From contig DATKIP010000093.1 of assembly GCA_035544015.1 (NCBI GenBank), forward strand, positions 1,156 to 65,155: a stretch of 64,000 nt of DNA, given 5' to 3'. The stretch is from Candidatus Saccharimonadia bacterium. Lineage in GTDB: Bacteria; Patescibacteriota; Saccharimonadia; UBA4664. Both the position numbers and the translations under genes were made by a program. Shown here piece by piece: positions 1 to 8,803 of this stretch; the stretch's first letter is position 1, and every line of letters starts with the position of its first letter. The notes below the pieces were generated by a model. That model was not told where the DNA came from. It worked only from the letters and a program-made list of their open reading frames with translations, and searched no databases.

Positions 1-7
1 TAACGCT

Positions 8-472
8 ATGCAAATGCTCACCAACCAAAAACTCAGCAGTAAACTCGACGCCGACAACTGGCAAGAAATGTACCGCTTCATGCAAGATCCGCGGGTGGCC
101 ACCGCCGTCAAGGATTACCAAGGCGAAGATGCGCAAGGCAACAAGATAGAGGGCGTTGATGTACTCGAACGAGTCTACAAGGAGGGCAACAAGCAAAAAG
201 CCGCCACCAAGACCCGCATCCAGCTTGTCACCGATGCCGAAGTGAAAGACTACAATGCCAGATTCACCCCCTGGCCGCCCAAGCGCATCCACGACTGGGT
301 GAATGGCATCAGCGAAGATCAGGCCCGCACCTACAATGCCGCTCACCCCGGCGCCCACAAGCAGGCCGGCGATGACCCCCCATGGCAGCGCGGTCCAGGA
401 CCCCGCCGCCTCGATCGTTCCATCGACGAAATTCGCAAAATCCTGGAGACGGCCGGTCGCAAGGTGGCGTAA
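8..472 (+). CDS. hypothetical protein (probably the 3' part of a gene starting before the window)
   Basis: Open frame from the window edge to TAA at 472; codon style matches neighbouring genes; no recognised motif. Confidence 0.55.
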   Translation: MQMLTNQKLSSKLDADNWQEMYRFMQDPRVATAVKDYQGEDAQGNKIEGVDVLERVYKEGNKQKAATKTRIQLVTDAEVKDYNARFTPWPPKRIHDWVNGISEDQARTYNAAHPGAHKQAGDDPPWQRGPGPRRLDRSIDEIRKILETAGRKVA

Positions 473-528
473 AATTGGCTACCGGCTGCCTAGTAAACCC
501 GTCCCATTTGTGCTACTGTAGTTGAGCT

Positions 529-897
529 ATGCTACGTAAATTCGCCTTGCGCGTGCTCGTAAACTTCCTGGGCCTATGGGCCGCCGCCGAACTCATGAGC
601 GGCAGCATCGACTACAACGACAAACTCCGCGTTCTCGTGGTAGCAGCGCTCATTTTCTCGATCGTCAACGCCGTTCTCCGGCCCTTGGTTGTCATTTTGT
701 CACTTCCCGCTATTGTGCTCACGCTCGGCCTCTTTACCCTGGTCGTCAATGCCTTCATGCTGTACCTCGTCACCAAGATTTATCCCGCCTTCCATCTGCG
801 GTCGTTCTGGACGGCGGTGGTCGCCACTGTTATTATCTGGATCGTGAACTATCTCTTAACCGAATTGCTGGAACCCAAGCATGCGCAACCTGTTTAA
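529..897 (+). CDS. 4-TM phage holin superfamily IV / YvlD-like membrane protein
   Basis: 122 aa, four hydrophobic segments, motif NAVLRPLVVILSLPAIVLTLGLFTLVVNA. Confidence 0.85.
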   Translation: MLRKFALRVLVNFLGLWAAAELMSGSIDYNDKLRVLVVAALIFSIVNAVLRPLVVILSLPAIVLTLGLFTLVVNAFMLYLVTKIYPAFHLRSFWTAVVATVIIWIVNYLLTELLEPKHAQPV

Positions 898-1102
898 TGC
901 CATCACCATCATTTCCGCCATCTTCCTCACGCTGTTCATTCTCATTCAGTCCCGTGGCCAGAGCCTAGGGGCTACCTTTGGCGGTGACACCAATTTCTAT
1001 CGTTCCCGCCGGGGCGCCGAGGCGGTGGTCTTTAACGCCACCATCGTATTCGGCGTGGTATTTGTGCTGTCGGTGGTTCTGAGCATTCTCCTCAAAAAGT
1101 AA
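881..1102 (+). CDS. secG: preprotein translocase subunit SecG
   Basis: 73 aa, two TM helices flanking ILIQSRGQSLGATFGG...RRGAE. Confidence 0.9.
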   Translation: MRNLFNAITIISAIFLTLFILIQSRGQSLGATFGGDTNFYRSRRGAEAVVFNATIVFGVVFVLSVVLSILLKK

Positions 1103-2865
1103 TGTTTAGTTATGTACGGTTCCGGTATCGGCGGGCCCTGCGCCGCTTGCGCCGAACAGTCCGCACCAGCCACAAACTGACCGCGGCCTACATCGAGCGC
1201 CACCTCTGGGGTAAATGGCATCAGCTGCGCGTAGTGCGCCGATTTTTGCTGCTGTGGTGGCTGGTGGCGGCCATCGGTCTGGTAGGTTTGCTCCAACAAT
1301 TGGGCGCCATCGCTCAGATCGCTCAGATCGCGGTGTCGCTACCAGGAGGAACCTACAGCGAAGCCGCCGTGGGCACGGTTCAGACCCTCAACCCCGTGTT
1401 GCCCGAATCCACTACCACCGGCGACATCAACCGCCTCATATTTAGCGGTCTCACGCGCTACAACTCCCGGCGGCAGCTCATTCCCGATCTCGCCACCGCC
1501 TGGGAGGTCTCCAGCGACGGCAAGAGCTACACCTTTCACCTCCGCCACGGTGTCAAATGGCACGACGGCGTGCCCTTCACCTCGGCTGACGTCGCCTTTA
1601 CGCTCGCAGCCATCCAAAATCCCGACTCGCGCTCGCCGCTGGCTTCATCGTGGGACGGCGTGAAGGTAGACGTCAAAGACGACTTTACCGTCACCTTTAC
1701 CCTTCCCCAAGCCCTAAATTCGTTTCTCGACTCCACCACCGTTGGTATTGTGCCTCGTCATTTGCTCGAGTCTGTAGAGCCCTCGCTGCTGCGCGAGGCC
1801 GCCTTCAACCAGAATCCTGTGGGCACCGGCCCCTTCAAAATCAAAACTTTTGCCCCCTCGGCCAAAATCATCGAGCTCGCCGCCAATCCCAAATATTACT
1901 TGGGAAAGCCCAAAATAGACGAATTCCAATTTAAACTATATGACACTCCCGCCAAAACGCTCCAGGCGTATGCCCAGCGCCAGGTGACCTCGCCGGGCCG
2001 GATTTACCCCGAGCTGGCCGCCGAGGCTGGCCGCCAAACTGGTCTATCCGAGTACAACCTGACGTTACCCGACGCCCAGACTCTCTTTTTTGCTACCGCC
2101 GACCCCATTTTGGGCGACAAAGATCTGCGGCAAATCCTTTCCCGCTCCATCGACCGCGAGCTTGTGCTCGATGCCGCTACCGGCGCCCAGGGCACCATCG
2201 TGACCCAGCCGCTGCTGCCCGGCCAGCTGGGCTACACCAACAAATACGCGCCGGCCACACTCAGCCCCGCCGCCGCCCGCCAAGCGCTCGATGCCGCCGG
2301 CTGGACCCAAACCGGCGGTTCGCGCGCGACTCGCCAAAAAACCGGCACCAAACTCAGCCTCAAACTCGTCACCCTTAGCGGCGGCGAGCTGGAGCAGGCC
2401 GCCCGCGAGATCAAACGGCAGTGGGCTGAGCTAGGCATTGAACTCCAGGTGGTGGCTGCCAGCCGCGAGCAGCTTCAGCAAACCTACATGCGCCCGCGCA
2501 ACTTCCAGCTGCTGCTCTACGGCATGAACCTCGGCTCCGACCCCGATGTCTACTCATTTTGGCACTCCAGTCAGGCCAAAGACCCCGGCATCAACCTCTC
2601 GGCCTACACCTCGGCCGACGCCGATCGCGCGCTCGAGGCCGGCCGCATCAAGAGCGACCCCCAAGTGCGCCAGGGCAAATACGATGCCTTCCTTAAGGCC
2701 TGGAATACCGACGTCCCCGCCGTCGTGCTCTACGAATCCGGCTACACCTATGCTACCAGCAATACGGTCGCTGGCCTCACCGCCCACCGACTCGTCGTCC
2801 CAGCCGACCGCTTTTACGGCGTCGAGCGTTGGACCGTCCGCCAACGCTTCACCCCGGCGCGCTAA
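1102..2865 (+). CDS. ABC transporter substrate-binding protein, family 5 (OppA/DppA-like) with N-terminal anchor
   Basis: LIFSGL..PDLA..WEVSSDGKSYTFHLRHGVKWHDG..FTSADVAFT and PVGTGPF motifs; start overlaps secG stop. Confidence 0.9.
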   Translation: MFSYVRFRYRRALRRLRRTVRTSHKLTAAYIERHLWGKWHQLRVVRRFLLLWWLVAAIGLVGLLQQLGAIAQIAQIAVSLPGGTYSEAAVGTVQTLNPVLPESTTTGDINRLIFSGLTRYNSRRQLIPDLATAWEVSSDGKSYTFHLRHGVKWHDGVPFTSADVAFTLAAIQNPDSRSPLASSWDGVKVDVKDDFTVTFTLPQALNSFLDSTTVGIVPRHLLESVEPSLLREAAFNQNPVGTGPFKIKTFAPSAKIIELAANPKYYLGKPKIDEFQFKLYDTPAKTLQAYAQRQVTSPGRIYPELAAEAGRQTGLSEYNLTLPDAQTLFFATADPILGDKDLRQILSRSIDRELVLDAATGAQGTIVTQPLLPGQLGYTNKYAPATLSPAAARQALDAAGWTQTGGSRATRQKTGTKLSLKLVTLSGGELEQAAREIKRQWAELGIELQVVAASREQLQQTYMRPRNFQLLLYGMNLGSDPDVYSFWHSSQAKDPGINLSAYTSADADRALEAGRIKSDPQVRQGKYDAFLKAWNTDVPAVVLYESGYTYATSNTVAGLTAHRLVVPADRFYGVERWTVRQRFTPAR

Positions 2866-2918
2866 CCCTTCCGCCCAGGGGCAAATTATGCTAATGTAGT
2901 CCAGTTACAAACCCACTC

Positions 2919-3004
2919 GCGCGAGTGGTGGAATGGTAGACACGCTAGATTCAGGTTCTAGTGCCGGCAACGGTGTGGAGGTTCGACTCCTCTCTCGCGC
3001 ACCA
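2919..3004 (+). tRNA. tRNA-Leu (CAG)
   Basis: Acceptor GCGCGAG/CTCGCGC+ACCA, anticodon arm CTAGA-TTCAGGT-TCTAG, long variable arm, GGTTCGACTCC T-arm. Confidence 0.97.
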
Positions 3005-3029
3005 AGGTCTGATCCAATTTATTCCGTGA

Positions 3030-3064
3030 ATAGAAAAGCCCCAGAAATTCTGGGGCTTTTCTAT
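3030..3064. terminator. bidirectional intrinsic terminator
   Basis: ATAGAAAAGCCCCAGA-AAT-TCTGGGGCTTTTCTAT perfect inverted repeat between tRNA and a convergent gene. Confidence 0.85.
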
Positions 3065-3091
3065 AACCCTGACGCCAGCGGCGCCCTTGCG

Positions 3092-3508
3092 CTAGCCGCA
3101 ATTACCCCATGGACTGGTGTAGCTTGTGCCACCATGGTAGCCAAAGAATCGCACGCATTTACCCTTGCCATACTGCTTAACTGGACCGGCATAGTATTTG
3201 TAGTCGCCGGTGTCATAGGCCCAGCTTGAACCACTCGTTTGCAACCCTGCCGTGGTACGGGTTGGGGTGCCGACTTGTGTCGTCTTAATAGTAACCACAC
3301 AATTATATGAGCCGTTGTAAAGTTGATAAACTACAGCGCCACTAAGTGCATGTGAACGTTGTACGGTGTAGCCAGAACCACAAACCCCTTGAGGCGTGTA
3401 GGGATTGGCCGCGGCTTGTGCCGGTCCCGCCAACAAGGCAGCGGGGAGAACAGACATGAGGGCGCTTATACCCAAAGTCCTTAGCTTGGTAAATGCGCGT
3501 ATCTTCAT
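3092..3508 (-). CDS. secreted protein, Streptomyces spore-associated protein A-like domain
   Basis: AGGAGG RBS, signal peptide ending AQA, NPYTPQGVCGSGY...NCVVTIK...YKYYAGPV, four Cys. Confidence 0.7.
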   Translation of the reverse strand: MKIRAFTKLRTLGISALMSVLPAALLAGPAQAAANPYTPQGVCGSGYTVQRSHALSGAVVYQLYNGSYNCVVTIKTTQVGTPTRTTAGLQTSGSSWAYDTGDYKYYAGPVKQYGKGKCVRFFGYHGGTSYTSPWGNCG

Positions 3509-3640
3509 GGATACCTCCTTTTTTATATTTGCAAAGAGTATGGCAAAACTTGCAGCAAATCATAGTGACTATCTCCAAAAATCTGGCACATCTCACCGAG
3601 GCTTGATGTTCGGGTGAGTCCATTCTGATACAATTTAATC

Positions 3641-4198
3641 ATGGCACGCATCCAAGACATGGTTTGGCAGTCGCTCGCCTGGCCCAGCACCGTGGTGCAC
3701 CGGCAGGTCGTCACCGCTCAGGCGATCGAGGAACACGGCATTGCCGCCGGCAAGACCGATCAGGGCGCCGTGTTCGCATACGAGTATAAATTGCTGCTCA
3801 CGCCCGCGTGGGAGATCAAGAGCGCCAATATCACGTCGCTTTTGGATGAACGAACCATAGCCCTGCATCACGACGCCGGCACCTGGCGTGACGCCGCGGG
3901 CAAAACGCTTCATGAATTCGACGGCATACCCTACATCGATCTCTCTTTTTCGCCCTTCACCAACACGCTGCCCATCAAGCGCGCCCCATTTGTGGACGAC
4001 GAAGAACTCACCATCGACACGCTCTACTTCGACGAAAACAGCTTCTCGCTCACAAAAGTGCAGCAGCGCTACCGCCGGCTCGGCCCCAAAAAATATCGCT
4101 ACCAAGACGTCGAAACGCCCGATTTCACCGCCAATATCGATGTAGACGACGACGGACTCGTCACCGATTACCAACACCTCTTCGCCCGAATGCGCTAA
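3641..4198 (+). CDS. putative glycolipid-binding domain protein
   Basis: IDLSFSPFTNTLPIKR...QRYRR...FTANIDVDDDGLVTDY motifs. Confidence 0.8.
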   Translation: MARIQDMVWQSLAWPSTVVHRQVVTAQAIEEHGIAAGKTDQGAVFAYEYKLLLTPAWEIKSANITSLLDERTIALHHDAGTWRDAAGKTLHEFDGIPYIDLSFSPFTNTLPIKRAPFVDDEELTIDTLYFDENSFSLTKVQQRYRRLGPKKYRYQDVETPDFTANIDVDDDGLVTDYQHLFARMR

Positions 4199-4246
4199 GC
4201 TTGTCCTCAGATGCTTTTGGTTCTATCGTAATAAGGTTTTATTGAA

Positions 4247-6022
4247 TTGAAAGGAGCCCTCGTGGCCACGTTCCTTGCCCGATGGCGTTCCGCCTTGCCG
4301 ACCCGTCGATTCCCGGCTGGCAAATTAGTCGCCTCCACCGCCATGCTGTCGCTCCTGCCCACGCTCGCCAGCTTCTTGGGCAACCGCTACCAAGTGTCGG
4401 TGCAAGACCTATTCCTGCCGGTAATCGTCGACCTCCTTACGGCTGCCCTGGTGGTGGCCGTATTTTACCGCTCGTGGCGCAAAGACGCGCTGGCCGCCGG
4501 TCTCGCGGCTGGGCTTTTGGTGCTAGTGCTGGTTTCAAATTACGACGGCCGCCTGAGCACGATCTCCCCGATCTTTGACGCCGTTTCACCGTTTGTGGGC
4601 GTCGGGTGGGTCTACAGCTTGGTGTTTATGGTGCTACTCGGTGCATTGGCAGCGGCGATCGGGCGTCTCGCGAGTCGCCTCGTGCGGCTGCGCGGTTGGT
4701 CTTCGCGCGAAATCGTTCGCGCCGCCACCATCGCGGTGAGCGTCACATTCGCCATCCAGGTCGCAACCGTCGTCCAGGAGTTCGCCGTTGAATGGCCACA
4801 ATTCTTCTACAAAGCCCCGGCCTTAACCACCACAGCAGCCGCCACCCCCGCCAGCCCCAAGCCCGATATTTACTACATTGTGCTCGATCGCTACGCCAGC
4901 CAAGACGTGCTAGCGAGCCAGTTTGGCTTCAACAACGACGAATTCATCCAATTTCTCAAAGACAACCACTACTACGTCAACCCGTCCGCTCACAACAATT
5001 ACCCGTACACCACCATGTCGATAGCCTCCACGATGAGCGCCGACTACAACACATCCATCGTGCAGCAATTCGAAAACTCCACGAAACAAACGGTCATTCC
5101 CTTCAATGAAACCATCCGCCAAGCCCCCGTGGCGCAGACCCTGCAAAAGCTGGGCTATAGCTACAATCTCGTCGGCAATTGGTACGAGACCTCAAATGAA
5201 TCCCCTGTCGCCGATCATACCTACCAGCAAACCGGCATTTTCACGCTACTCGGCCACACGTTTACTCTCGATAATTTCCCCAAGATCATCCTGAGCCAGA
5301 GCATCTTCAGCCGGTTTATTCAAGCTAGCCCCAGTATCGGGCAGTTTCAGGCCCTGCGTTACACCAATTTGGGCGATGTCGACATGGCGCACTACCAGCT
5401 CCAAACACTCAAGGATCTCGCGGCCGCACCTCCCGGCGGGCGCTTCATTTTTGCGCACATTTTGGTCCCCCACGACCCTTACAACTTTAATGCCGACGGC
5501 TCAATCTCCACCACTACCAACAGCGACAACATAGGCGCACCGGTGAAGCAGAAATATCTCGGCCAGGTGCAATACATTAATGGCCAAATGAAGACCATTT
5601 TGAGCAACATCCAATCCGCCAGCCGAGGTCAGGCCGTAGTCGTACTGCAATCGGATGAGGGGCCGTACCCCGCGCAGCTCAACGACGAAGATTTCGATGC
5701 CAACGATCTGGACGGACTCCTGCAGGCCGGCGACATGCGGCAGTGGTCCGACGCCAACCTGCAGATGAAGTTTGGAAATTTGGCCGCCTACCACATCCCG
5801 GCCGCCGATTGGACTCGCGACACCGACGCGGCCGACTCCGTAAACATCTTTCGGCTGATTCTCAATTCATATTTTGGCGCCGGCATGTCATATTTGCCCG
5901 ATTGCTATTACGCGTATCCCAATGGTCGGGACAAACCACTCAGCTTCACCAGCATCACCACCCGCTTGACCGGCGCGGCCGAGGATAGCCGCTGCGGCGC
6001 CAATGGCGGCCTGAAGCCTTAG
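4247..6022 (+). CDS. membrane-anchored sulfatase/alkaline-phosphatase-superfamily protein (LTA-synthase-like)
   Basis: About 5 N-terminal TM helices, then PDIYYIVLDRYA, HILVPHDPY, LQSDEG motifs; start uncertain. Confidence 0.75.
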   Translation: MKGALVATFLARWRSALPTRRFPAGKLVASTAMLSLLPTLASFLGNRYQVSVQDLFLPVIVDLLTAALVVAVFYRSWRKDALAAGLAAGLLVLVLVSNYDGRLSTISPIFDAVSPFVGVGWVYSLVFMVLLGALAAAIGRLASRLVRLRGWSSREIVRAATIAVSVTFAIQVATVVQEFAVEWPQFFYKAPALTTTAAATPASPKPDIYYIVLDRYASQDVLASQFGFNNDEFIQFLKDNHYYVNPSAHNNYPYTTMSIASTMSADYNTSIVQQFENSTKQTVIPFNETIRQAPVAQTLQKLGYSYNLVGNWYETSNESPVADHTYQQTGIFTLLGHTFTLDNFPKIILSQSIFSRFIQASPSIGQFQALRYTNLGDVDMAHYQLQTLKDLAAAPPGGRFIFAHILVPHDPYNFNADGSISTTTNSDNIGAPVKQKYLGQVQYINGQMKTILSNIQSASRGQAVVVLQSDEGPYPAQLNDEDFDANDLDGLLQAGDMRQWSDANLQMKFGNLAAYHIPAADWTRDTDAADSVNIFRLILNSYFGAGMSYLPDCYYAYPNGRDKPLSFTSITTRLTGAAEDSRCGANGGLKP

Positions 6023-6040
6023 CTGGTATCATTTTGGCTG

Positions 6041-6328
6041 ATGGTAAGTTTTTCCGGAGATGAACTCCTCACGCTAATCTTTCAGGTGGTGCTGGCCGCG
6101 TTATCGATCACACTAATGTACTTCGCGTTAAGGACGGGAAGATCCCTCGCTGTCTACAAGATCAACCTCGGTTTGTTGATAGTTGTCCTATTCGGTTTCG
6201 CAGTGCTCGCTCCCGATGATTTTAGTCTGAATGAATGGCCGGCGATACTCGCCTTTATGGCTGTAATTGTATCGCTGTTCGCCATCCTTGTAGGTAGGCG
6301 CCGCAAACGTGGAAGCCAACGGCCTTAA
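6041..6328 (+). CDS. small 3-TM membrane protein, tandem paralog 1
   Basis: Three hydrophobic helices, basic C-tail; shares YFAL..G.SL..YKINLGL with paralog 5. Confidence 0.7.
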   Translation: MVSFSGDELLTLIFQVVLAALSITLMYFALRTGRSLAVYKINLGLLIVVLFGFAVLAPDDFSLNEWPAILAFMAVIVSLFAILVGRRRKRGSQRP

Positions 6329-6348
6329 ATGCTGAAGGATAATAAATA

Positions 6349-6645
6349 ATGTCCGACGGCTTCACATTACCGGTTGCGTTTGCGCTTATTGCGGGCGTAC
6401 TTGTACCGACGCTATCAATAATTCTCGTATTCGTTTCGATACTTTTCAAACGAGTATGGCCGTACGCAGTATGCCAAGGCGCACTAGTCGTTGCATTAAC
6501 ATACTTGGCCGTATATTGGATGCAAACGGATATTGATCCGTGGAATAAGTATTGGTCAAACGTCTTTGTTTTGGTTGGTTGGATTGCGGTGCTACTAGCA
6601 ACCGGCATATTTTTTGCCAGAAGGAATCGCCAAACTCGGCATTAG
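6349..6645 (+). CDS. small 3-TM membrane protein, tandem paralog 2
   Basis: LVPTLSI...WP...YW...LVGWIAV, basic C-tail; AAGGA upstream. Confidence 0.7.
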   Translation: MSDGFTLPVAFALIAGVLVPTLSIILVFVSILFKRVWPYAVCQGALVVALTYLAVYWMQTDIDPWNKYWSNVFVLVGWIAVLLATGIFFARRNRQTRH

Positions 6646-6649
6646 CAGC

Positions 6650-6955
6650 ATGGGAGCAAACTTCACCAATCTCGAATCAGCCCTCTTGCTGGCTATGATT
6701 TCCCTGCCTGCACTATCGATGTTGCTAGTGATCGTCGCCCTATTCATCAAGAAGACGCTCTGGCCCTTCGCGGGCACTGCTGGCGTGGTTTTATTGGTGC
6801 TTGTATGCTTGGCTTCGCCATGGCAGCAGGATTTTTCAGTAAGTAGCCTCGCATGGCATCAATACTGGACCGCTTGGCCAGTGCAACTGGGCTGGGTGGC
6901 TATTGTGCTGTCGATAGCGATAATACTTCGGAGAAAGCCTCGAGCACAGAGATAG
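6650..6955 (+). CDS. small 3-TM membrane protein, tandem paralog 3
   Basis: LPALSM...LWPF...YW...LGWVAI, basic C-tail. Confidence 0.7.
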   Translation: MGANFTNLESALLLAMISLPALSMLLVIVALFIKKTLWPFAGTAGVVLLVLVCLASPWQQDFSVSSLAWHQYWTAWPVQLGWVAIVLSIAIILRRKPRAQR

Positions 6956-6967
6956 TTGAAACAGGAT

Positions 6968-7237
6968 ATGGATATCGGTACGTACACATTTATTATTTGG
7001 CTCTTGCTGCCTGGGTTGTCGATTCTCTCGATCTATTGCGCCACAATCAGCCAGGTTAAGCTCGTCCCTTACTTTGTCACGGTTGGGCTAACCCTCATTA
7101 CGCTTATAGGCTTGGGGATGCAGGATGGTTTCGGCCTAGACTATTGGCAGGCCGGGACAACGGTGCTTGGCTGGCTGTCGGTAGGAATTTCAAGTGTTAT
7201 GGTGCTCGCAAAGAAGTTCCGCGTGCCGCGAAAATGA
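6968..7237 (+). CDS. small 3-TM membrane protein, tandem paralog 4
   Basis: LPGLSI...YWQAG...LGWLSV, KKFR tail. Confidence 0.7.
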   Translation: MDIGTYTFIIWLLLPGLSILSIYCATISQVKLVPYFVTVGLTLITLIGLGMQDGFGLDYWQAGTTVLGWLSVGISSVMVLAKKFRVPRK

Positions 7238-7518
7238 CCCAGAATTTCACTGACCTCGATTGGCTGCTGTACTTTACCACATGGATCTTTTTGCCAGCAC
7301 TCTCCGCTGCGATGGTGTACTTCGCCTTAAAACCGGGAAAATCGCTTGGTGCTTACAAAATAAATCTCGGTCTCGTAGCGATCATATTGCTGGCGCTAAT
7401 ACCTGCGCTAGATTCAGCCATCGGCTACTGGAACGCGGGCTCGCCAAAACTTGCGCTGCTAGCCATCGGACTGTCTTTGGCTATATTGCTCATAAGAAAG
7501 TTCCGCACACGGCACTAA
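7234..7518 (+). CDS. small 3-TM membrane protein, tandem paralog 5
   Basis: ATGA overlap with paralog 4; LPALS...YWNAG...RKFR. Confidence 0.7.
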   Translation: MTQNFTDLDWLLYFTTWIFLPALSAAMVYFALKPGKSLGAYKINLGLVAIILLALIPALDSAIGYWNAGSPKLALLAIGLSLAILLIRKFRTRH

Positions 7519-7546
7519 TCGCATAGAATCGACCCAAACTGAAGCC

Positions 7547-7581
7547 GCGGAGGGTTAGATCGTCGGGGTCCAACCCTCCGC
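7547..7581. terminator. GC-rich hairpin between convergent genes
   Basis: GCGGAGGGTT...AACCCTCCGC inverted repeat. Confidence 0.5.
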
Positions 7582-7615
7582 CGCAGCCGCTAGTCAGCCT
7601 CGGCTGGCCTCGCCG

Positions 7616-8068
7616 TTACTCGGATGGCGGTTCCGCCGGGAAGCGTTTGATGTAGGTATACGCTCGCTCCCAGGGTAGGTATGGAAAATACTCCGGTGGT
7701 CGGTGGTTGTTCTTGAGGGCGTAGCTCGGCAGACCCTCCTCCACTACTATCCGCTCGTACTCCCAGCCAGGGTGTTTTTGCCGATACGCCGCACCGTATA
7801 CTTCGAGTAGTTCTTCCTCGCGGGTCCAGCCGTTGAAGTCAAACACCCACACCCCATTGCTGGCGTACATATGGTGACCTGGCTGCTCTCCCCTGGGCTT
7901 GATATGGATGAGCTTGTAGCCTTCCCCGGTATGCAGCTCCAAGAACATATGCGCCAGAATATGGCATGCCCCGGCCGCAAAGAAAGCCCTATCCTCCCGC
8001 TTCCAGGCCAAAAATGGGTCCCGGTACTCTTCGGGAGTACGCTCGTACACGATTCCGGGTTGGTACAC
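7616..8068 (-). CDS. hypothetical protein (Cys/His/Asp pattern GACH...H...D, possibly papain/transglutaminase-like)
   Basis: AAGGAGG RBS before GTG; coherent 150-aa soluble protein. Confidence 0.65.
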   Translation of the reverse strand: MYQPGIVYERTPEEYRDPFLAWKREDRAFFAAGACHILAHMFLELHTGEGYKLIHIKPRGEQPGHHMYASNGVWVFDFNGWTREEELLEVYGAAYRQKHPGWEYERIVVEEGLPSYALKNNHRPPEYFPYLPWERAYTYIKRFPAEPPSE

Positions 8069-8157
8069 GATGTTCCCTCCTTGGTTGGCTGTGAGTTCTC
8101 ACAAAATAATGTTAGCATAGTCTTGCCAAACATAAACCGAACATATATCATAGACCC

Positions 8158-8757
8158 ATGAAGCAATTCGGCCTCAATCTCGATGATATGATCCAGTTCT
8201 CTCAGCTCATGCTGCGGCTGCAGGCTGTCGTGCGGGCCATCCATGTGCCCGGCCGCGACATTAAGGAAAATGACGTCGAGCATAGCTATCATTTGGCGAT
8301 GATGGGCTGGTATCTCAATATCTCCGGCCGGCTTGGCTACAACACCGACAGCCTGGTGCGCTATGCGCTCATTCACGACCTGGCCGAAGCCTACGCCGGC
8401 GACGTCAGTGCCCTCGATGCCGCCGGACGCGTGGGCAAACGGGAGCGCGAAGCCGCCGCCCTCGAGCGGATCGACGCGGAATTTCCGCTCGCCGAAGAGA
8501 TTATTGCCGCCGTCCACCGCTACGAAACCCTGGCCGACGACGAGGCCAGGTTCATCTACGCCCTCGATAAGCTCATGCCCATGGTCATGGTGTATCTGGC
8601 CGACGGCCGTACCTGGCGCGAGGAACACCAGGGTTTCAGCGTGATGCACGAGTGCCAGGCACCCAAAATCGCCGTATCTGAGCCGGTCAGCCAGCTCTAT
8701 GAGCAGCTGCGCCTGATGCTCGTGCATCGCCCTCAGCTCTTCGGCGCGGCCGCTTAG
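8158..8757 (+). CDS. HD domain hydrolase (YfbR/HDDC2-like)
   Basis: ENDVEHSYHLA, LIHDLAEAYAGD, ALDKLMP motifs. Confidence 0.9.
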   Translation: MKQFGLNLDDMIQFSQLMLRLQAVVRAIHVPGRDIKENDVEHSYHLAMMGWYLNISGRLGYNTDSLVRYALIHDLAEAYAGDVSALDAAGRVGKREREAAALERIDAEFPLAEEIIAAVHRYETLADDEARFIYALDKLMPMVMVYLADGRTWREEHQGFSVMHECQAPKIAVSEPVSQLYEQLRLMLVHRPQLFGAAA

Positions 8758-8803
8758 CCGTAAGCATTTTGTAATTTTGCGGCGGCCACCGTATCATAAG
8801 GAC

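Noticed and set aside
529-897. Prophage, suggested by the holin-family and Bro-N genes
   Set aside because: The holin-like gene sits in a housekeeping context with secG, Bro-N is IS cargo, and no phage structural or replication genes are present.
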